A stretch of DNA of 32,000 nucleotides from positions 49,042-81,041 of the forward strand of contig NZ_QLIR01000009.1 in NCBI RefSeq assembly GCF_003428155.1. The letters are read 5' to 3'. The number at the start of each line of letters is the position of its first letter. The stretch's first letter is position 1. Positions 1 to 10,354 of the stretch are shown piece by piece. Source of the DNA: Fastidiosibacter lacustris. GTDB taxonomy: Bacteria > Pseudomonadota > Gammaproteobacteria > Francisellales > Francisellaceae. The notes beneath the pieces are model-generated. The model saw only the letters and a program-made list of their open reading frames with translations, was not told the origin of the DNA and did no database searches. Position numbers and translations under genes: made by a program.

Positions 1-326
1 TGGCGATATTCAAACGCCACTGGTCGCAAGAATAATGCCCAAAGGACAACAAGTACACCTAGATACATACCGGAAAAGGATCCTGCATATACTCGCGGCC
101 AAATGGCAAAAAGCCCTGCTCCTGCGGTAATCAACCAAACCTGATTGCCATCCCACGTGGGTGCCACAATATTGATAATAACACGTTTCTCATTGTCATT
201 CTTCCCTACAAAACGTGCTAAAATTCCTGCACCAAAGTCAAAACAGATTGTGGCTGCTGCTAAGAACATAACCAAACCCACAGCTAACCAGCTTAACAAC
301 TGAACAATACTATATAAATCCATCAT
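1..326 (-). CDS. cydB: Cytochrome bd ubiquinol oxidase subunit II, N-terminal part (rest of gene lies beyond the left window edge)
   Basis: My own translation of the minus strand from ATGATG at 326-321 gives MMDLYSIVQLLSWLAVGLVMFLAAATICFDFGAGILARFVGKNDNEKRVIINIVAPTWDGNQVWLITAG... This matches the CydB N-terminal pattern (DxGxG, ND.E.R, WDGNQVWL). It starts 3 nt after the cydA stop. Not in the ORF track because it is truncated by the edge. Confidence 0.85.
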   Translation of the reverse strand, partial: MMDLYSIVQLLSWLAVGLVMFLAAATICFDFGAGILARFVGKNDNEKRVIINIVAPTWDGNQVWLITAGAGLFAIWPRVYAGSFSGMYLGVLVVLWALFLRPVAFEYR

Positions 327-328
327 GA

Positions 329-1933
329 TTAGTTCCCCCGTTTATGTTCTTGTGAGTTTTGGAACGAGCCGCTAGGTCCTAAGCGTGCAAATTTGATCAT
401 TAAATACATCTCAACTGCAAACAATAATGCGTAGAACAAACAAAATACCACCAAGGTAAACAAAATATCCCAACCATTAATCATTGAAGAGCTCACTGTT
501 GTTGGCAACATCTCATATACCGTCCAAGGTTGACGACCGTGTTCAGTTACAATCCAACCACATAAACAGGCAATCCAAGGCAATGGAATCATATACAGCA
601 TGGTTCTTAAGAGCCAGCGTTTTTCCCATAATGTTTTTCTAAAAAGTAACACAAGCCCTACAATAATGACCAAGAACATAAATACACCAATGCTAACCAT
701 GATTCTAAATGTCCAGAAAATCGCTGCGACATTAGGTACTGAATCCAAGGCAGCAGCATTGATTTGCTCAGATGTTGCAGAAGTAAGTGACTCGCCTACA
801 GGTAAATAGCGTTGCAGCAACATCCCATAGCCTAAATCCTGGTGGTACTGATTGTAGATCTCTTGATCCTGTGAACTGGACTTCCCAGCACGCATTTTCA
901 TCATTGCTTCATAGGCTTTAGCACCATTAGCAATTCGTGTTGTTACTGCTGGGATTTCTTTACCTGTCACCACATCGACATAACCGTCATATAAAAGCGT
1001 ATTTACACCATATATTTTCTGATCAAATGAGTGTGTTGCAAGTAATCCTAGCAATTTAGGAATTTGAATAGAAAAATCATTTTTTTGCTCAGACTGACTA
1101 GGAAAAGCAATCACATTAAAATTAGCAGGTGGCGTTTGTGTTCCCCATTCTGCCTCGATTGCAGCCAATTTCATCGGTTGATACTTATAAGCTAGAATCC
1201 CTTGCTCATCACCCATTACCATGACCATTAAAGATGCAACTAAACCAAAGCCCAAACCAATTCCCATCGATCTTTTAGCGAAACCAACATCCTTTTTACG
1301 CAATAAATAAAATGAACTAATACCAATCACAAAAACAGATGAAGTGATATAACCGGCAATCACTGTATGAGCAAAGCCAATTTGAGCAATTGGATTAATG
1401 AATAGATCCCATAAATGCGTTGTTTCCATACGCATGGTTTGCCATACAAATTCACCTCCTGCTGGCACCTGCATAAAACCATTGGCAACTAAGATCAATA
1501 AAGCAGACAAGTTAGAACCAAATGCTAAGCAAAAAGTAACGGCTAAATGCTGCTTTTTAGAAAGTTTGTTCCAACCAAGGAAAAACATTCCTACAAAAGT
1601 TGACTCCAACATAAAAGCAACCAAGCCTTCAATTGCAAGAGGGGTTCCAAAAATATCACCAACAAATTGTGAATAGTACGCCCAGTTTAAACCAAAAGAA
1701 AACTCCATAGTCAAGCCAGAAAGGACACCTACTGCAAAATTAATACCAAGGAGCTTGCCCCAGAATTTAGTCATATCCTTATAAACTTGCTTACCTGTCA
1801 TAACGTACATGAGCTCCATCGTGAAAATAATCCAAGTTAGCCCTAACGTTAATGGCACAAAAATAAAGTGAAAACAAGCAACGAAGGCAAATTGCCAACG
1901 AGCAAGCTCCACTGATAGTAGACTTGGTATCAT
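329..1933 (-). CDS. cydA: Cytochrome bd ubiquinol oxidase subunit I
   Basis: 534-aa ORF. The N-terminus (SVELARWQFAFVACFHFIFVPLTLGL) is the CydA signature with the heme-ligand His. It is multi-TM with a long periplasmic Q-loop and is followed directly by cydB. Confidence 0.95.
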   Translation of the reverse strand: MIPSLLSVELARWQFAFVACFHFIFVPLTLGLTWIIFTMELMYVMTGKQVYKDMTKFWGKLLGINFAVGVLSGLTMEFSFGLNWAYYSQFVGDIFGTPLAIEGLVAFMLESTFVGMFFLGWNKLSKKQHLAVTFCLAFGSNLSALLILVANGFMQVPAGGEFVWQTMRMETTHLWDLFINPIAQIGFAHTVIAGYITSSVFVIGISSFYLLRKKDVGFAKRSMGIGLGFGLVASLMVMVMGDEQGILAYKYQPMKLAAIEAEWGTQTPPANFNVIAFPSQSEQKNDFSIQIPKLLGLLATHSFDQKIYGVNTLLYDGYVDVVTGKEIPAVTTRIANGAKAYEAMMKMRAGKSSSQDQEIYNQYHQDLGYGMLLQRYLPVGESLTSATSEQINAAALDSVPNVAAIFWTFRIMVSIGVFMFLVIIVGLVLLFRKTLWEKRWLLRTMLYMIPLPWIACLCGWIVTEHGRQPWTVYEMLPTTVSSSMINGWDILFTLVVFCLFYALLFAVEMYLMIKFARLGPSGSFQNSQEHKRGN

Positions 1934-2076
1934 CTATATAACCCTTCATGTGATTGAACAAAATAAAGTGTTTTGTTAGAAATCAAATTACAAAATCACT
2001 GGGGATTTATTTTAACGCTTGGTGCTTTAAGGCTAAATAGCAAAACCAAAATCACATTATCAAGCTGTTATGTTTA

Positions 2077-2090
2077 TTGATTTAAATCAA
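2077..2090. promoter_or_regulatory. FNR box, perfect TTGAT-N4-ATCAA
   Basis: TTGATttaaATCAA is read directly at 2077-2090, in the divergent cydA/fnr intergenic region. A TATAAT hexamer at 2111-2116 (+ strand) places the box centre about 40 bp upstream of a predicted + strand start, which is a class-II-like position. The adjacent regulator carries the E--SR recognition helix (ETISR) that reads TTGAT half-sites. Confidence 0.7.
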
Positions 2091-2152
2091 CTTTCTTATA
2101 AAAAAACAGGTATAATTTATCAGCCTTTAAATACACCTGATAGCACTCACAT

Positions 2153-2869
2153 ATGACAACACAAAAAAAAGCCTCATGTACTAAACAGTCGCCACGTCCA
2201 AAAACATGTCATTTTTGTGATTGTCATAAGCTCTGTCACCTCTTTCATGTCAATCCTATAGACACTCTTAATTTTATTAAAGTACAAACAAATATATGCC
2301 ACATAAAAAAAGGGCAATCGTTATATAAAACACAAGATAAAATCACTGCTATATTTATCATACGCACAGGCAGTTTTAAGCTTGTGAATCAGAACGACTA
2401 TATTGTTGATTTTTGTTTACAAGGCGATGCCCTTGGTTTTGATGCAATTGAAAGTTCAGCACATACTCTTACTGCTATTGCTCTTGAAGATAGCGCAATT
2501 TGTGCTTTTGACTATTACAGCCTCATCCAAGCATTGCCACAAAAACCTATTGTTATCCTAGATTTTTTACAATTAATAAGTAAAAAACTTAACCTTGCTA
2601 TTAACTCTTTAGATACCACTCAAGAAGCCTACGTAAAATTAGCTAGCTTTATTTATAAACTAGCAAATCATCAAAAGCGCTGTGGTTACTCTAACAAATC
2701 ATTTATGCTACCTATGAAATATTTAGAAATTGCAAATCATCTTAACTTGAGTATTGAGACGATCTCCCGTGCATTTAAATCTCTGACTAACAACACGATT
2801 TTAAGTACTAAGCACAAAGAAATTACCATTCTTGACTTTGAACGCTTAAAGTCTATCGCAACAACATAA
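2153..2869 (+). CDS. fnr: FNR/CRP-family oxygen-sensing transcription regulator (FNR type)
   Basis: 238 aa. The N-terminal Cys cluster C19-x2-C22-x5-C28 plus a central Cys (ALEDSAICAFDY) matches E. coli FNR C20/C23/C29/C122. It has a cNMP-binding-like beta-roll and a C-terminal HTH containing ETISR. Confidence 0.85.
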   Translation: MTTQKKASCTKQSPRPKTCHFCDCHKLCHLFHVNPIDTLNFIKVQTNICHIKKGQSLYKTQDKITAIFIIRTGSFKLVNQNDYIVDFCLQGDALGFDAIESSAHTLTAIALEDSAICAFDYYSLIQALPQKPIVILDFLQLISKKLNLAINSLDTTQEAYVKLASFIYKLANHQKRCGYSNKSFMLPMKYLEIANHLNLSIETISRAFKSLTNNTILSTKHKEITILDFERLKSIATT

Positions 2870-2882
2870 TCCACTTTATAAA

Positions 2883-4508
2883 TTACTGAAACTGCTTCAA
2901 CAAGCCTCTTGTTGAGCTATCATAGCTTGGATGAGATAAATATCCTTTTTGTAAGCTTTCCAAAATTGACTTACCAAGTGCTTTACCTAGCTCCACACCC
3001 CATTGATCAAAACTATTAATCCCCCAAATTACACCTTGAACGAAAATTTTATGCTCATATAAAGCAATTAATTGACCTAAAGCCTGCGGAGTAAGCTCAT
3101 CTATTAAAATAGTATTACTGGGTTTATTACCAGCAATAACCTTTTGTGACGCTAAGCTTGAGATTTCATTTTCACTTATCCCACTTTTTTTAAGTTCATT
3201 TTTAACTTGTTCTAAGCTTTGACCTTGCATAAGAGCTTGCGATTGAGCAAAACAATTTGCCAATAGCACTTGTTGATGATTTTGTAGTGTATGATAGCTT
3301 TTCTTAACGGCAATAAAGTCCGCTGGCACTGTAACATTACCTTGATGTAACAACTGATGAAAGGCATGTTGACCATTAGTACCTACACCACCCCACAGTA
3401 CAACACCTGTTTGATTGTGACTAAGCTTTCCATTTTTTTTGCAAGATTTACCATTACTTTCCATATCTGCTTGTTGTAGATAGTCCACTAAATAACACAG
3501 CCGATCATCATAAGCTAAAATCGCCTGTGATTGAGTATGATAAAAATTACTATATAGAATGGCAATAAGCGCCAAAATAACTGGCATATTCTCTGTTAAA
3601 GGTGCTGTTTTAAAATGTTTATCCATGACATAAGCACCTTTCAATAAATCCTCAAAGTGATTAAAACCAATGGCAAATGCAATTGCCATACCAATAGATG
3701 ACCATAGTGAATATCTTCCCCCTACCCAATCCCACATAGCAAAGCAATTTTGTAACTCAATGCCAAACTGCTCAACTTTATCTTGAGCACTTGAGATGGC
3801 AACAAAGTGTTTAGCTACAGCCTTTGACGTTTGGTAATGATCAAGCAACCATTTACGTGCAGTTTCTGCATTCATTAATGTCTCTTGAGTGGTAAACGAT
3901 TTAGAGGCAACAATAAATAAGGTCGTCTCAGGATGGATGCGGTTTAACACGCTTAAAATCGAATCAGCATCGACATTCGAAACAAAATGCACACGTGTTT
4001 TGTTTTGATGATAAGGTTTTAACGCCCTTACTATCATTTTTGGTCCCAAATCAGAACCACCAATACCGATATTAACTACATCAGTAATTTTTTTATCTGT
4101 AAAGCCTCGCCAATGACCATCGTGCACATCTTTAACCAATTTTTGTACTTTTTTACGCTCAACTTCAATTTCTAATTTAACGTTCTTACCATCAACCAAA
4201 ATTGAATCTTGAGAAAAATCACGCAAAGCTGTATGTAAAACGGCTCGATTTTCACTGGTGTTGATTTTACTCCCTTTAAACATTGCATCACGCATTACTG
4301 CAACCTGTGCATTTTCCGCCAAAGCAAATAAACACTCTAATATTTCTTCATTGATCCTATTTTTGGAATAATCAAGGAATAAATTTCCATGCTTTAAGTG
4401 ATAGCGATTAAAACGTTGACTATCTTCATCAAAAAGACCTTTTATTGCTAAATGCTTATATTTTGTTTCTAATAAATGCTGTAATTTATTTGTAATTTCT
4501 TGATTCAT
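2883..4508 (-). CDS. pgi: Glucose-6-phosphate isomerase
   Basis: ORF 2883-4544. PGI motifs present: GIGGSDLGP and [10 protein letters not shown] prefer the start at ATG 4508 ([12 protein letters not shown]), 4 nt after the pgl stop, over the upstream in-frame ATG that overlaps pgl. Confidence 0.93.
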   Translation of the reverse strand: MNQEITNKLQHLLETKYKHLAIKGLFDEDSQRFNRYHLKHGNLFLDYSKNRINEEILECLFALAENAQVAVMRDAMFKGSKINTSENRAVLHTALRDFSQDSILVDGKNVKLEIEVERKKVQKLVKDVHDGHWRGFTDKKITDVVNIGIGGSDLGPKMIVRALKPYHQNKTRVHFVSNVDADSILSVLNRIHPETTLFIVASKSFTTQETLMNAETARKWLLDHYQTSKAVAKHFVAISSAQDKVEQFGIELQNCFAMWDWVGGRYSLWSSIGMAIAFAIGFNHFEDLLKGAYVMDKHFKTAPLTENMPVILALIAILYSNFYHTQSQAILAYDDRLCYLVDYLQQADMESNGKSCKKNGKLSHNQTGVVLWGGVGTNGQHAFHQLLHQGNVTVPADFIAVKKSYHTLQNHQQVLLANCFAQSQALMQGQSLEQVKNELKKSGISENEISSLASQKVIAGNKPSNTILIDELTPQALGQLIALYEHKIFVQGVIWGINSFDQWGVELGKALGKSILESLQKGYLSHPSYDSSTRGLLKQFQ

Positions 4509-4512
4509 CGCT

Positions 4513-5229
4513 TTACTCCAACTCATTTGCAGCAGGTTGATCAAGATGCCAAACTAGTTTACCTTCAATTGGTTTAACAACCTTTGCTGGATAAGCTATC
4601 GATACATTCTCCTGATCAAAAACTTTCTTTAGCATATTTGCTTTAGACTCCCCTGTTACCAGAAAATCAATGACCTTCGCATAATTTATGATTTTTAATG
4701 TTAACGTCACGCGATACTGCTTTGTCGTTGGGTGCATTGCTATTTCCACCCACTTATCGGAAGACAATGACACACCATTGACAAATAAAGAAGCCGTGTG
4801 CCCATCTTCACCCATACCTAACCAGATCCAATCAAATTGCGGAATATCATTATACTTAGGCACGTATTTTTTGATGCTTTGTACATAGTTTAGGGTGGCT
4901 TGCTCTGGTGAAATATCACCTTGCATAGGATGCAAATTTTCTCTTGGGATCTTTACCTGCTGAAACAGCATACGATCTGCTTCACCAAAATTACTCTCTT
5001 TATCTTCAAATGCGACACAGCGCTCATCACACCACCAAAAATGTAACTTCTCCCACTTAATTTCAATCATTTTGTCACTTTTTGCAATAAGCTCAAATAT
5101 AGCTTTAGGCGTACTGCCTCCAGAAAGTGCAATATGAACCTCATCTTGTCTTGAATGCGATAAGCTAACAAGTTTTGTCAGCATAGCATAGGCAATATCT
5201 TCTTTCTCTTGATATATAATGTATGACAT
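4513..5229 (-). CDS. pgl: 6-phosphogluconolactonase (DevB/Pgl type)
   Basis: 238 aa with the SGGSTP motif ([15 protein letters not shown]). It sits between zwf and pgi in the same orientation. Confidence 0.85.
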   Translation of the reverse strand: MSYIIYQEKEDIAYAMLTKLVSLSHSRQDEVHIALSGGSTPKAIFELIAKSDKMIEIKWEKLHFWWCDERCVAFEDKESNFGEADRMLFQQVKIPRENLHPMQGDISPEQATLNYVQSIKKYVPKYNDIPQFDWIWLGMGEDGHTASLFVNGVSLSSDKWVEIAMHPTTKQYRVTLTLKIINYAKVIDFLVTGESKANMLKKVFDQENVSIAYPAKVVKPIEGKLVWHLDQPAANELE

Positions 5230-5250
5230 TCTCTATTTTACCCCCCTTAC

Positions 5251-6768
5251 TTAAGCTTTTGAGTTTTGCTTAAAGTTTGATGATGGATTACGCCAAATGT
5301 GGTCTAACTCGGCTAACATTTTGTCAGATTCAACTGGACCAAATGAACCACTTGGATAAAAATTTAATATACTCTTACCATGCTTATGAATGTATTGAAT
5401 GATTGGATCGATAATATTCCAGCAGGCCTCAACTGCATCATTACGTGCAAATAAAGTATTATCTCCTTGTAAAGCATCTAGAATTAAACGCTCATAAGCA
5501 GTTGGCAATGCTTTTTGAGCAAAATCAGAATAATAAAAACCCATATCCACCTCATGAGTTTTAAAGCCACTACCTGGTTCTTTTGCCGCAAAACTAAGCT
5601 TAATTCCTTCATCAGGCTGAATACGAATAACCAACTGATTCTTAAATTTTGTTATTTTCTGTACTTGAGAGAAAAAAGGGTGAGGTGTCGGTTTGAAATT
5701 AATCACAACCTCAGAAACGCGCTGATTTAAACGTTTACCAGTACGCACATAAAATGGCACATTATGCCAGCGCCAGTTATCAATAAAAAAGCGAATTGCA
5801 GCATAAGTTTCAGTAGTTGAATCTTTTGCTACCGCTTGTTCATCACGGTACGAACCTTTAATCACACCTTGAACGCAACCTTCTTGATACTGAGCAATCA
5901 CCACGTTTTGTTTTATGTCTTCAGCTGTTCTAAAGCGACGAATAGATTGAAATACTTTTAACGTTTCATTACGAATAGAATACGCATCCATTTTAGCAGG
6001 AGCTTCCATTGCGACAATACCCAAAAGTTGTAATAGATGATTTTGAATCATGTCACGAATAGCGCCATTTTGGTCATAATATCCCGCTCTTGAACCAAGC
6101 CCAATCGACTCATTGGCATAGATCTGCACATTATCAATGTGAGCTGCATTCCACAAAGGTTCAAAAATTGAATTAGCAAAACGAAAAACTAATAAGTTCT
6201 GCACTGTTTCCTTGCCAAGGTAGTGATCAATTCTAAATAACTGAGATTCTTTGTAGTGCTGTAGCAAATGTGCATTTAATGCGCATGCACTTTTTTCATC
6301 TATGCCAAATGGTTTTTCAATGATGATTCGCTTATAACCATCTGTTTCATCATTTAAGCCCAACTTGGCTAAGTGTGAAGGAATTTGATAATACAAACTA
6401 GGTGGCGTTGACAAGTAGAAAAGTAAGTTATTGTCAAGCTTATGGCTTTTAAGCAGCGCCTTTAAACGCTTATTTAATAATGTATATCCTTCATCTGTAT
6501 AAACATCTATCGACTGGTAATAAATTTGATTTAAAAATTTATTAATACTTTTCTGATCGTCTGGATATTCAGTTAGCAAAGCCTCACACATTTTTTGACG
6601 AAATTGTTCATCGTTAAACGCTGATCGTGAAACCCCCAATACGATATTATTTTTAGTTAAACTCTTATGTTGGTATAGATGAAAAATGGCAGGTATAAGC
6701 TTACGCGCCGTTAAATCACCTGATGCACCAAAAATGACAATAATTCCATTTGCTAACTTATGTTGCAT
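5251..6768 (-). CDS. zwf: Glucose-6-phosphate 1-dehydrogenase
   Basis: 505 aa with the N-terminal NADP-binding motif IFGASGDLTARKL and the active-site motif RIDHYLGKE. Confidence 0.95.
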   Translation of the reverse strand: MQHKLANGIIVIFGASGDLTARKLIPAIFHLYQHKSLTKNNIVLGVSRSAFNDEQFRQKMCEALLTEYPDDQKSINKFLNQIYYQSIDVYTDEGYTLLNKRLKALLKSHKLDNNLLFYLSTPPSLYYQIPSHLAKLGLNDETDGYKRIIIEKPFGIDEKSACALNAHLLQHYKESQLFRIDHYLGKETVQNLLVFRFANSIFEPLWNAAHIDNVQIYANESIGLGSRAGYYDQNGAIRDMIQNHLLQLLGIVAMEAPAKMDAYSIRNETLKVFQSIRRFRTAEDIKQNVVIAQYQEGCVQGVIKGSYRDEQAVAKDSTTETYAAIRFFIDNWRWHNVPFYVRTGKRLNQRVSEVVINFKPTPHPFFSQVQKITKFKNQLVIRIQPDEGIKLSFAAKEPGSGFKTHEVDMGFYYSDFAQKALPTAYERLILDALQGDNTLFARNDAVEACWNIIDPIIQYIHKHGKSILNFYPSGSFGPVESDKMLAELDHIWRNPSSNFKQNSKA

Positions 6769-7300
6769 TAAGCATCTCTGTAGTTAATCGTGAAACGCCG
6801 ATAGTTATACCATTTTTTATTACCAAGTTCACGATTTAATCGCAACAATTAATTGTTTAATTTTCATACCACAGGACAGTAGCTGCAAAAAACCTTTATT
6901 TCTAAGCGGTTTCATGCTCAATAGAATAGATCGCTTAGTATACTGTTGTTTAAATAATAACTAAAATCTCTGTACACGAAGAGAAAATTATAAAATACTG
7001 CTTGAGGCGTTATTTTTTCTGATTTACGTAACATGAAAAAAACACTTCAAACAGCTGATGAATAGTTTATTTGTTATCAGGGTAAAGCACAATCAATTAA
7101 CCACGAACGCTAAGGGGCTTCAGGTGGATGTTTTAACTGTAAGGATAAGCATTTGAAAAACTTAAAATAAGATTTCAAAGCTAATGGCATTGCTTACTCT
7201 CAGCATTGTGGCGCATAAAAAAAGGCTTTTTCAACTACCTTCTCCTATAGCATGCAATCAATAGCACTTCCTTAGCACCAACTCTTTTGCAAGAATTAAA

Positions 7301-7771
7301 TTACTCTTCACTCAAATTCCCTAGGAAATCCAATTGACGCCATGCTTCAAACAACATAACTGCTGCTGCATTTGATAAGTTTAGGCTTCTGCTGTTTTTT
7401 AGCATAGGGAGCTTAATTTGCCTATACTCTAACGCTTTAAGTATGTAAGCTGGCAATCCTCTACTTTCAGGTCCTAACAATAAAACATCTTCATCTTGAA
7501 ATTGTACTTGATGATAATATTGCTTGGCTTTAGTCGTACATGCCCAAATTCTCTTATGGCTATTCTTGATAACAAAATCCTCAAAGTTTTGATAGCGTGC
7601 GACCTCTGCAAATTCATGGTAATCCAATCCCGCACGGCGTAACTTTTTGTCTTCTAACTCAAAGCCAAACGGTTCAATCAAGTGTAACCTTGCACCTGTA
7701 TTGGCACATAAACGGATAATATTTCCCGTATTAGGGGGAATCTCAGGCTCATATAAAGCAATATGAATCAT
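7301..7771 (-). CDS. trmL: tRNA (cytidine/uridine-2'-O)-methyltransferase, SpoU/TrmL family
   Basis: Begins [26 protein letters not shown], with a SpoU knot region ([17 protein letters not shown]). The start is set at ATG 7771, preceded by AAGGAAAAAG. The ORF-track start at 7786 is a TTG. Confidence 0.85.
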   Translation of the reverse strand: MIHIALYEPEIPPNTGNIIRLCANTGARLHLIEPFGFELEDKKLRRAGLDYHEFAEVARYQNFEDFVIKNSHKRIWACTTKAKQYYHQVQFQDEDVLLLGPESRGLPAYILKALEYRQIKLPMLKNSRSLNLSNAAAVMLFEAWRQLDFLGNLSEE

Positions 7772-7897
7772 CTTTTTCCTTAACAAAACTATGCTTTTTC
7801 TATTCTATGCGTTTTAATCAGGATAAGGAGTGTGGATACAAGCATTTTTTGATACGATATGTGAAATTTTTATAAGGACTCATGAAGGATAAGCACA

Positions 7898-8803
7898 ATG
7901 ACAATCATGGTGATTGGTAGTGCCAATACAGATTTAATTATTCAAGTTGAACATCTTCCTAGACCAGGTGAAACATTACTTGGAGGAAAGTTTTTAACAG
8001 CATCAGGCGGGAAAGGTGCTAACCAAGCAGTTGCAGCTGCACGCTTGGGTGGAAAAGTATGTTTTATTGCTAGTATTGGTCAAGACAGTTTTGGCGAAGC
8101 ACTGTTAAAAAAGTACGCTCAAGATAGTATTAACATTCAACATATTAAACGTCCACAAAGTGCATCAGGCATTGCCATGGTTTGTGTTGCATCCAACGGA
8201 CAAAATTCAATTGTTGTTGCTCCTGGCTCTAATGCGTTTCTTACACCTTGTGATATTGCTGCTATAGAGGATCAGTTTTTACATGCAAAAGTTGTCCTAA
8301 CTCAACTAGAAATACCACTCTCAACTATTGTTGCAGCTGCTAAACTTGCCTATAAACACAAATGCTTATTCATTCTAAATCCTGCTCCTGCCTATGTTTT
8401 ACCTGATGAACTTTACCCATTTATTGACATCATCACACCAAATGAAATAGAAGCTGAACTCTTAACAGGTATCCGGGTTTGTGATCTATCTTCCGCATTG
8501 ACGGCTTCTAAAATTCTTCATCAACGTGGCATAAAAAACGTTATTATTACAATGGGTCATCAAGGTGCATTTTTCTACGATGGTAAAAATGAAGTGCTAG
8601 TTCCAACACTTCAAGTTAATGCTATTGATACAACCGCTGCAGGTGATACTTTTAATGGTGCACTTGCTAAAACGTTATGCAACAGTAATGACATCATCTC
8701 CGCTATTAAATATGCTAATAAAGCCTCCGCTTTATCGGTTACGAAACTAGGTGCGCAAAGCTCCATCCCATATCCCCATGAAATTGAAGCATTACAAGGT
8801 TAA
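7898..8803 (+). CDS. rbsK: Ribokinase (PfkB family)
   Basis: 301 aa with PfkB motifs GGKGANQAVAAARLG and DTTAAGDTFNGAL. A GAAGGA RBS lies upstream of the ATG. Confidence 0.85.
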   Translation: MTIMVIGSANTDLIIQVEHLPRPGETLLGGKFLTASGGKGANQAVAAARLGGKVCFIASIGQDSFGEALLKKYAQDSINIQHIKRPQSASGIAMVCVASNGQNSIVVAPGSNAFLTPCDIAAIEDQFLHAKVVLTQLEIPLSTIVAAAKLAYKHKCLFILNPAPAYVLPDELYPFIDIITPNEIEAELLTGIRVCDLSSALTASKILHQRGIKNVIITMGHQGAFFYDGKNEVLVPTLQVNAIDTTAAGDTFNGALAKTLCNSNDIISAIKYANKASALSVTKLGAQSSIPYPHEIEALQG

Positions 8804-8808
8804 TTACA

Positions 8809-9561
8809 ATGGTCAATAACAAAAAATTTGAACGCTACATTGACACACTATTAAATATACAATCAATTAAAGATTACTGTCCAAATGGTCTACAAATAGA
8901 AGGTAAAAAAAATATTAATATTATCGTCACAGGTGTTAGTGCAAGTCTTGAGCTCATTCATGCTGCCATCGCTAAAAAAGCAGATGCCATATTGGTTCAT
9001 CATGGTTATTTTTGGAAAGCTGAAAATCCAACGATTACTGGCATCAAATATCAACGCATTAAAGCAATTATTCAGCATAATATTAACCTTTTTGGCTATC
9101 ATTTACCACTAGATGTACATCCTAACTTGGGTAATAACGTTCAACTGGCTAAGCGTCTAGATCTTTGTATTGTTGGTGAATTCAATACAAATACTATACC
9201 TAACTATGGTTTAATGTGTGAAACAAAGTTGACGTTAAATGCTTTAATCGACAAAATCGAATCTACACTTATGCGAAAGCCACTTGTCGTTGGTAATCAA
9301 AACCTGCACATCCACAAAGTTGCCATTTGTACTGGAGGAGCTCAAGACCTTATTGAACAGGCTTATCATGCAGGAGCAGATGTCTATATTTCAGGTGAAA
9401 TTTCAGAGCGTACAACACTTATTGCACGGGAACTTGGTATGACTTACATTGCAGCAGGACATCACGCGACCGAGCGTTATGGAATTGCAACACTAGGTCA
9501 ATATTTAGCACAAGAATTTTCTTTAGAACATTATTTTGTTGATATTGATAACCCAGTTTAA
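8809..9561 (+). CDS. Nif3-family dinuclear metal centre protein (YbgI-like)
   Basis: 250 aa with Nif3 hallmarks: ILVHHGYFW, YHLPLD and AAGHHATERYG. It starts 5 nt after the rbsK stop. Confidence 0.85.
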   Translation: MVNNKKFERYIDTLLNIQSIKDYCPNGLQIEGKKNINIIVTGVSASLELIHAAIAKKADAILVHHGYFWKAENPTITGIKYQRIKAIIQHNINLFGYHLPLDVHPNLGNNVQLAKRLDLCIVGEFNTNTIPNYGLMCETKLTLNALIDKIESTLMRKPLVVGNQNLHIHKVAICTGGAQDLIEQAYHAGADVYISGEISERTTLIARELGMTYIAAGHHATERYGIATLGQYLAQEFSLEHYFVDIDNPV

Positions 9562-9634
9562 TACTGTTGTTATCCCTAACTTATTTTTTTTGTGATAGAC
9601 TGCTTACACCTAACTTGAACAACGTAAGCTCATT

Positions 9635-10096
9635 ATGGGAAGCGAAAAAGATAACATTAGGCTTATTAAGAAATATCCTAATAGACGTTTATACGATACA
9701 AAAGGCAGCTGTTATATTACAGCTGAAGGCGTCCATAAATTGATTATAGAGCATGAAAATGTCGTTGTGGTTGATAATAAGACAGGAAAAGATATCACAC
9801 GTGGGGTGCTCATGCAAATCATTAATGATTTGGAAGAAAAGAGTCCAAGACAAATGTTTAGTAATGAATTCCTAGCACATGTAATTAAGTCTTATGGGAC
9901 AGAGATGCAAAATACTTTGGTGTTATGCTTTAACAAAACACTTGACCTTTATTTAAGCCAAACTAATGCCCAAGAAGACTTAATAAAAAAATCCAGCAAA
10001 CAGATGAATCCTAGTGATTATTTTAATACGATTGCCAGAGAAAATATCAGCCGCTGGCAAAAGTCTTGGGAAAACTTAAAAAGTACCAAAAAGTAA
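9635..10096 (+). CDS. phaR: PhaR-like polyhydroxyalkanoate synthesis repressor
   Basis: 153 aa. The N-terminus (IKKYPNRRLYDTKGSCYIT) is the PHB/PHA accumulation regulator DNA-binding domain signature. Confidence 0.7.
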   Translation: MGSEKDNIRLIKKYPNRRLYDTKGSCYITAEGVHKLIIEHENVVVVDNKTGKDITRGVLMQIINDLEEKSPRQMFSNEFLAHVIKSYGTEMQNTLVLCFNKTLDLYLSQTNAQEDLIKKSSKQMNPSDYFNTIARENISRWQKSWENLKSTKK

Positions 10097-10354
10097 TATT
10101 CCAAATACATACTTACTCATTGTAATTATTTATAATTGCTTCAATTTGCGGTTAATCGCAAAAAACTTTCTGAGAAACTATTAATTACAAAACACATATT
10201 ACCCATATCTTCTTGGATTATTACTACTAACGATTACTGCTTTTATGCTGATCTATACATAGTATATACTTTTTTAAACACTTCCTGCTCCTGGTTTTTA
10301 GAGTCCCGCATTCGCTTTGCTTAGCTCATAGCGGTTAATTAAACTAAGTTTAGG

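Noticed and set aside
6862-7214. Possible 6S RNA. TTTCATACCACA (6862-6873) and TGTGGCGC (7207-7214) resemble parts of the E. coli 6S central-bubble segment as I remember it.
   Set aside because: The two strings are about 335 nt apart, whereas they are contiguous in 6S. I could not build the closing helix or a symmetric central bubble around either one. Short matches of this kind are expected by chance. Only an Infernal/Rfam scan could revive the idea.
10136-10324. 62-aa TTG-initiated ORF in the non-coding DNA next to the small HTH gene
   Set aside because: It has a TTG start, no SD sequence and odd composition. It is more likely non-coding spacer. The region is covered in the orphan-HTH finding instead.
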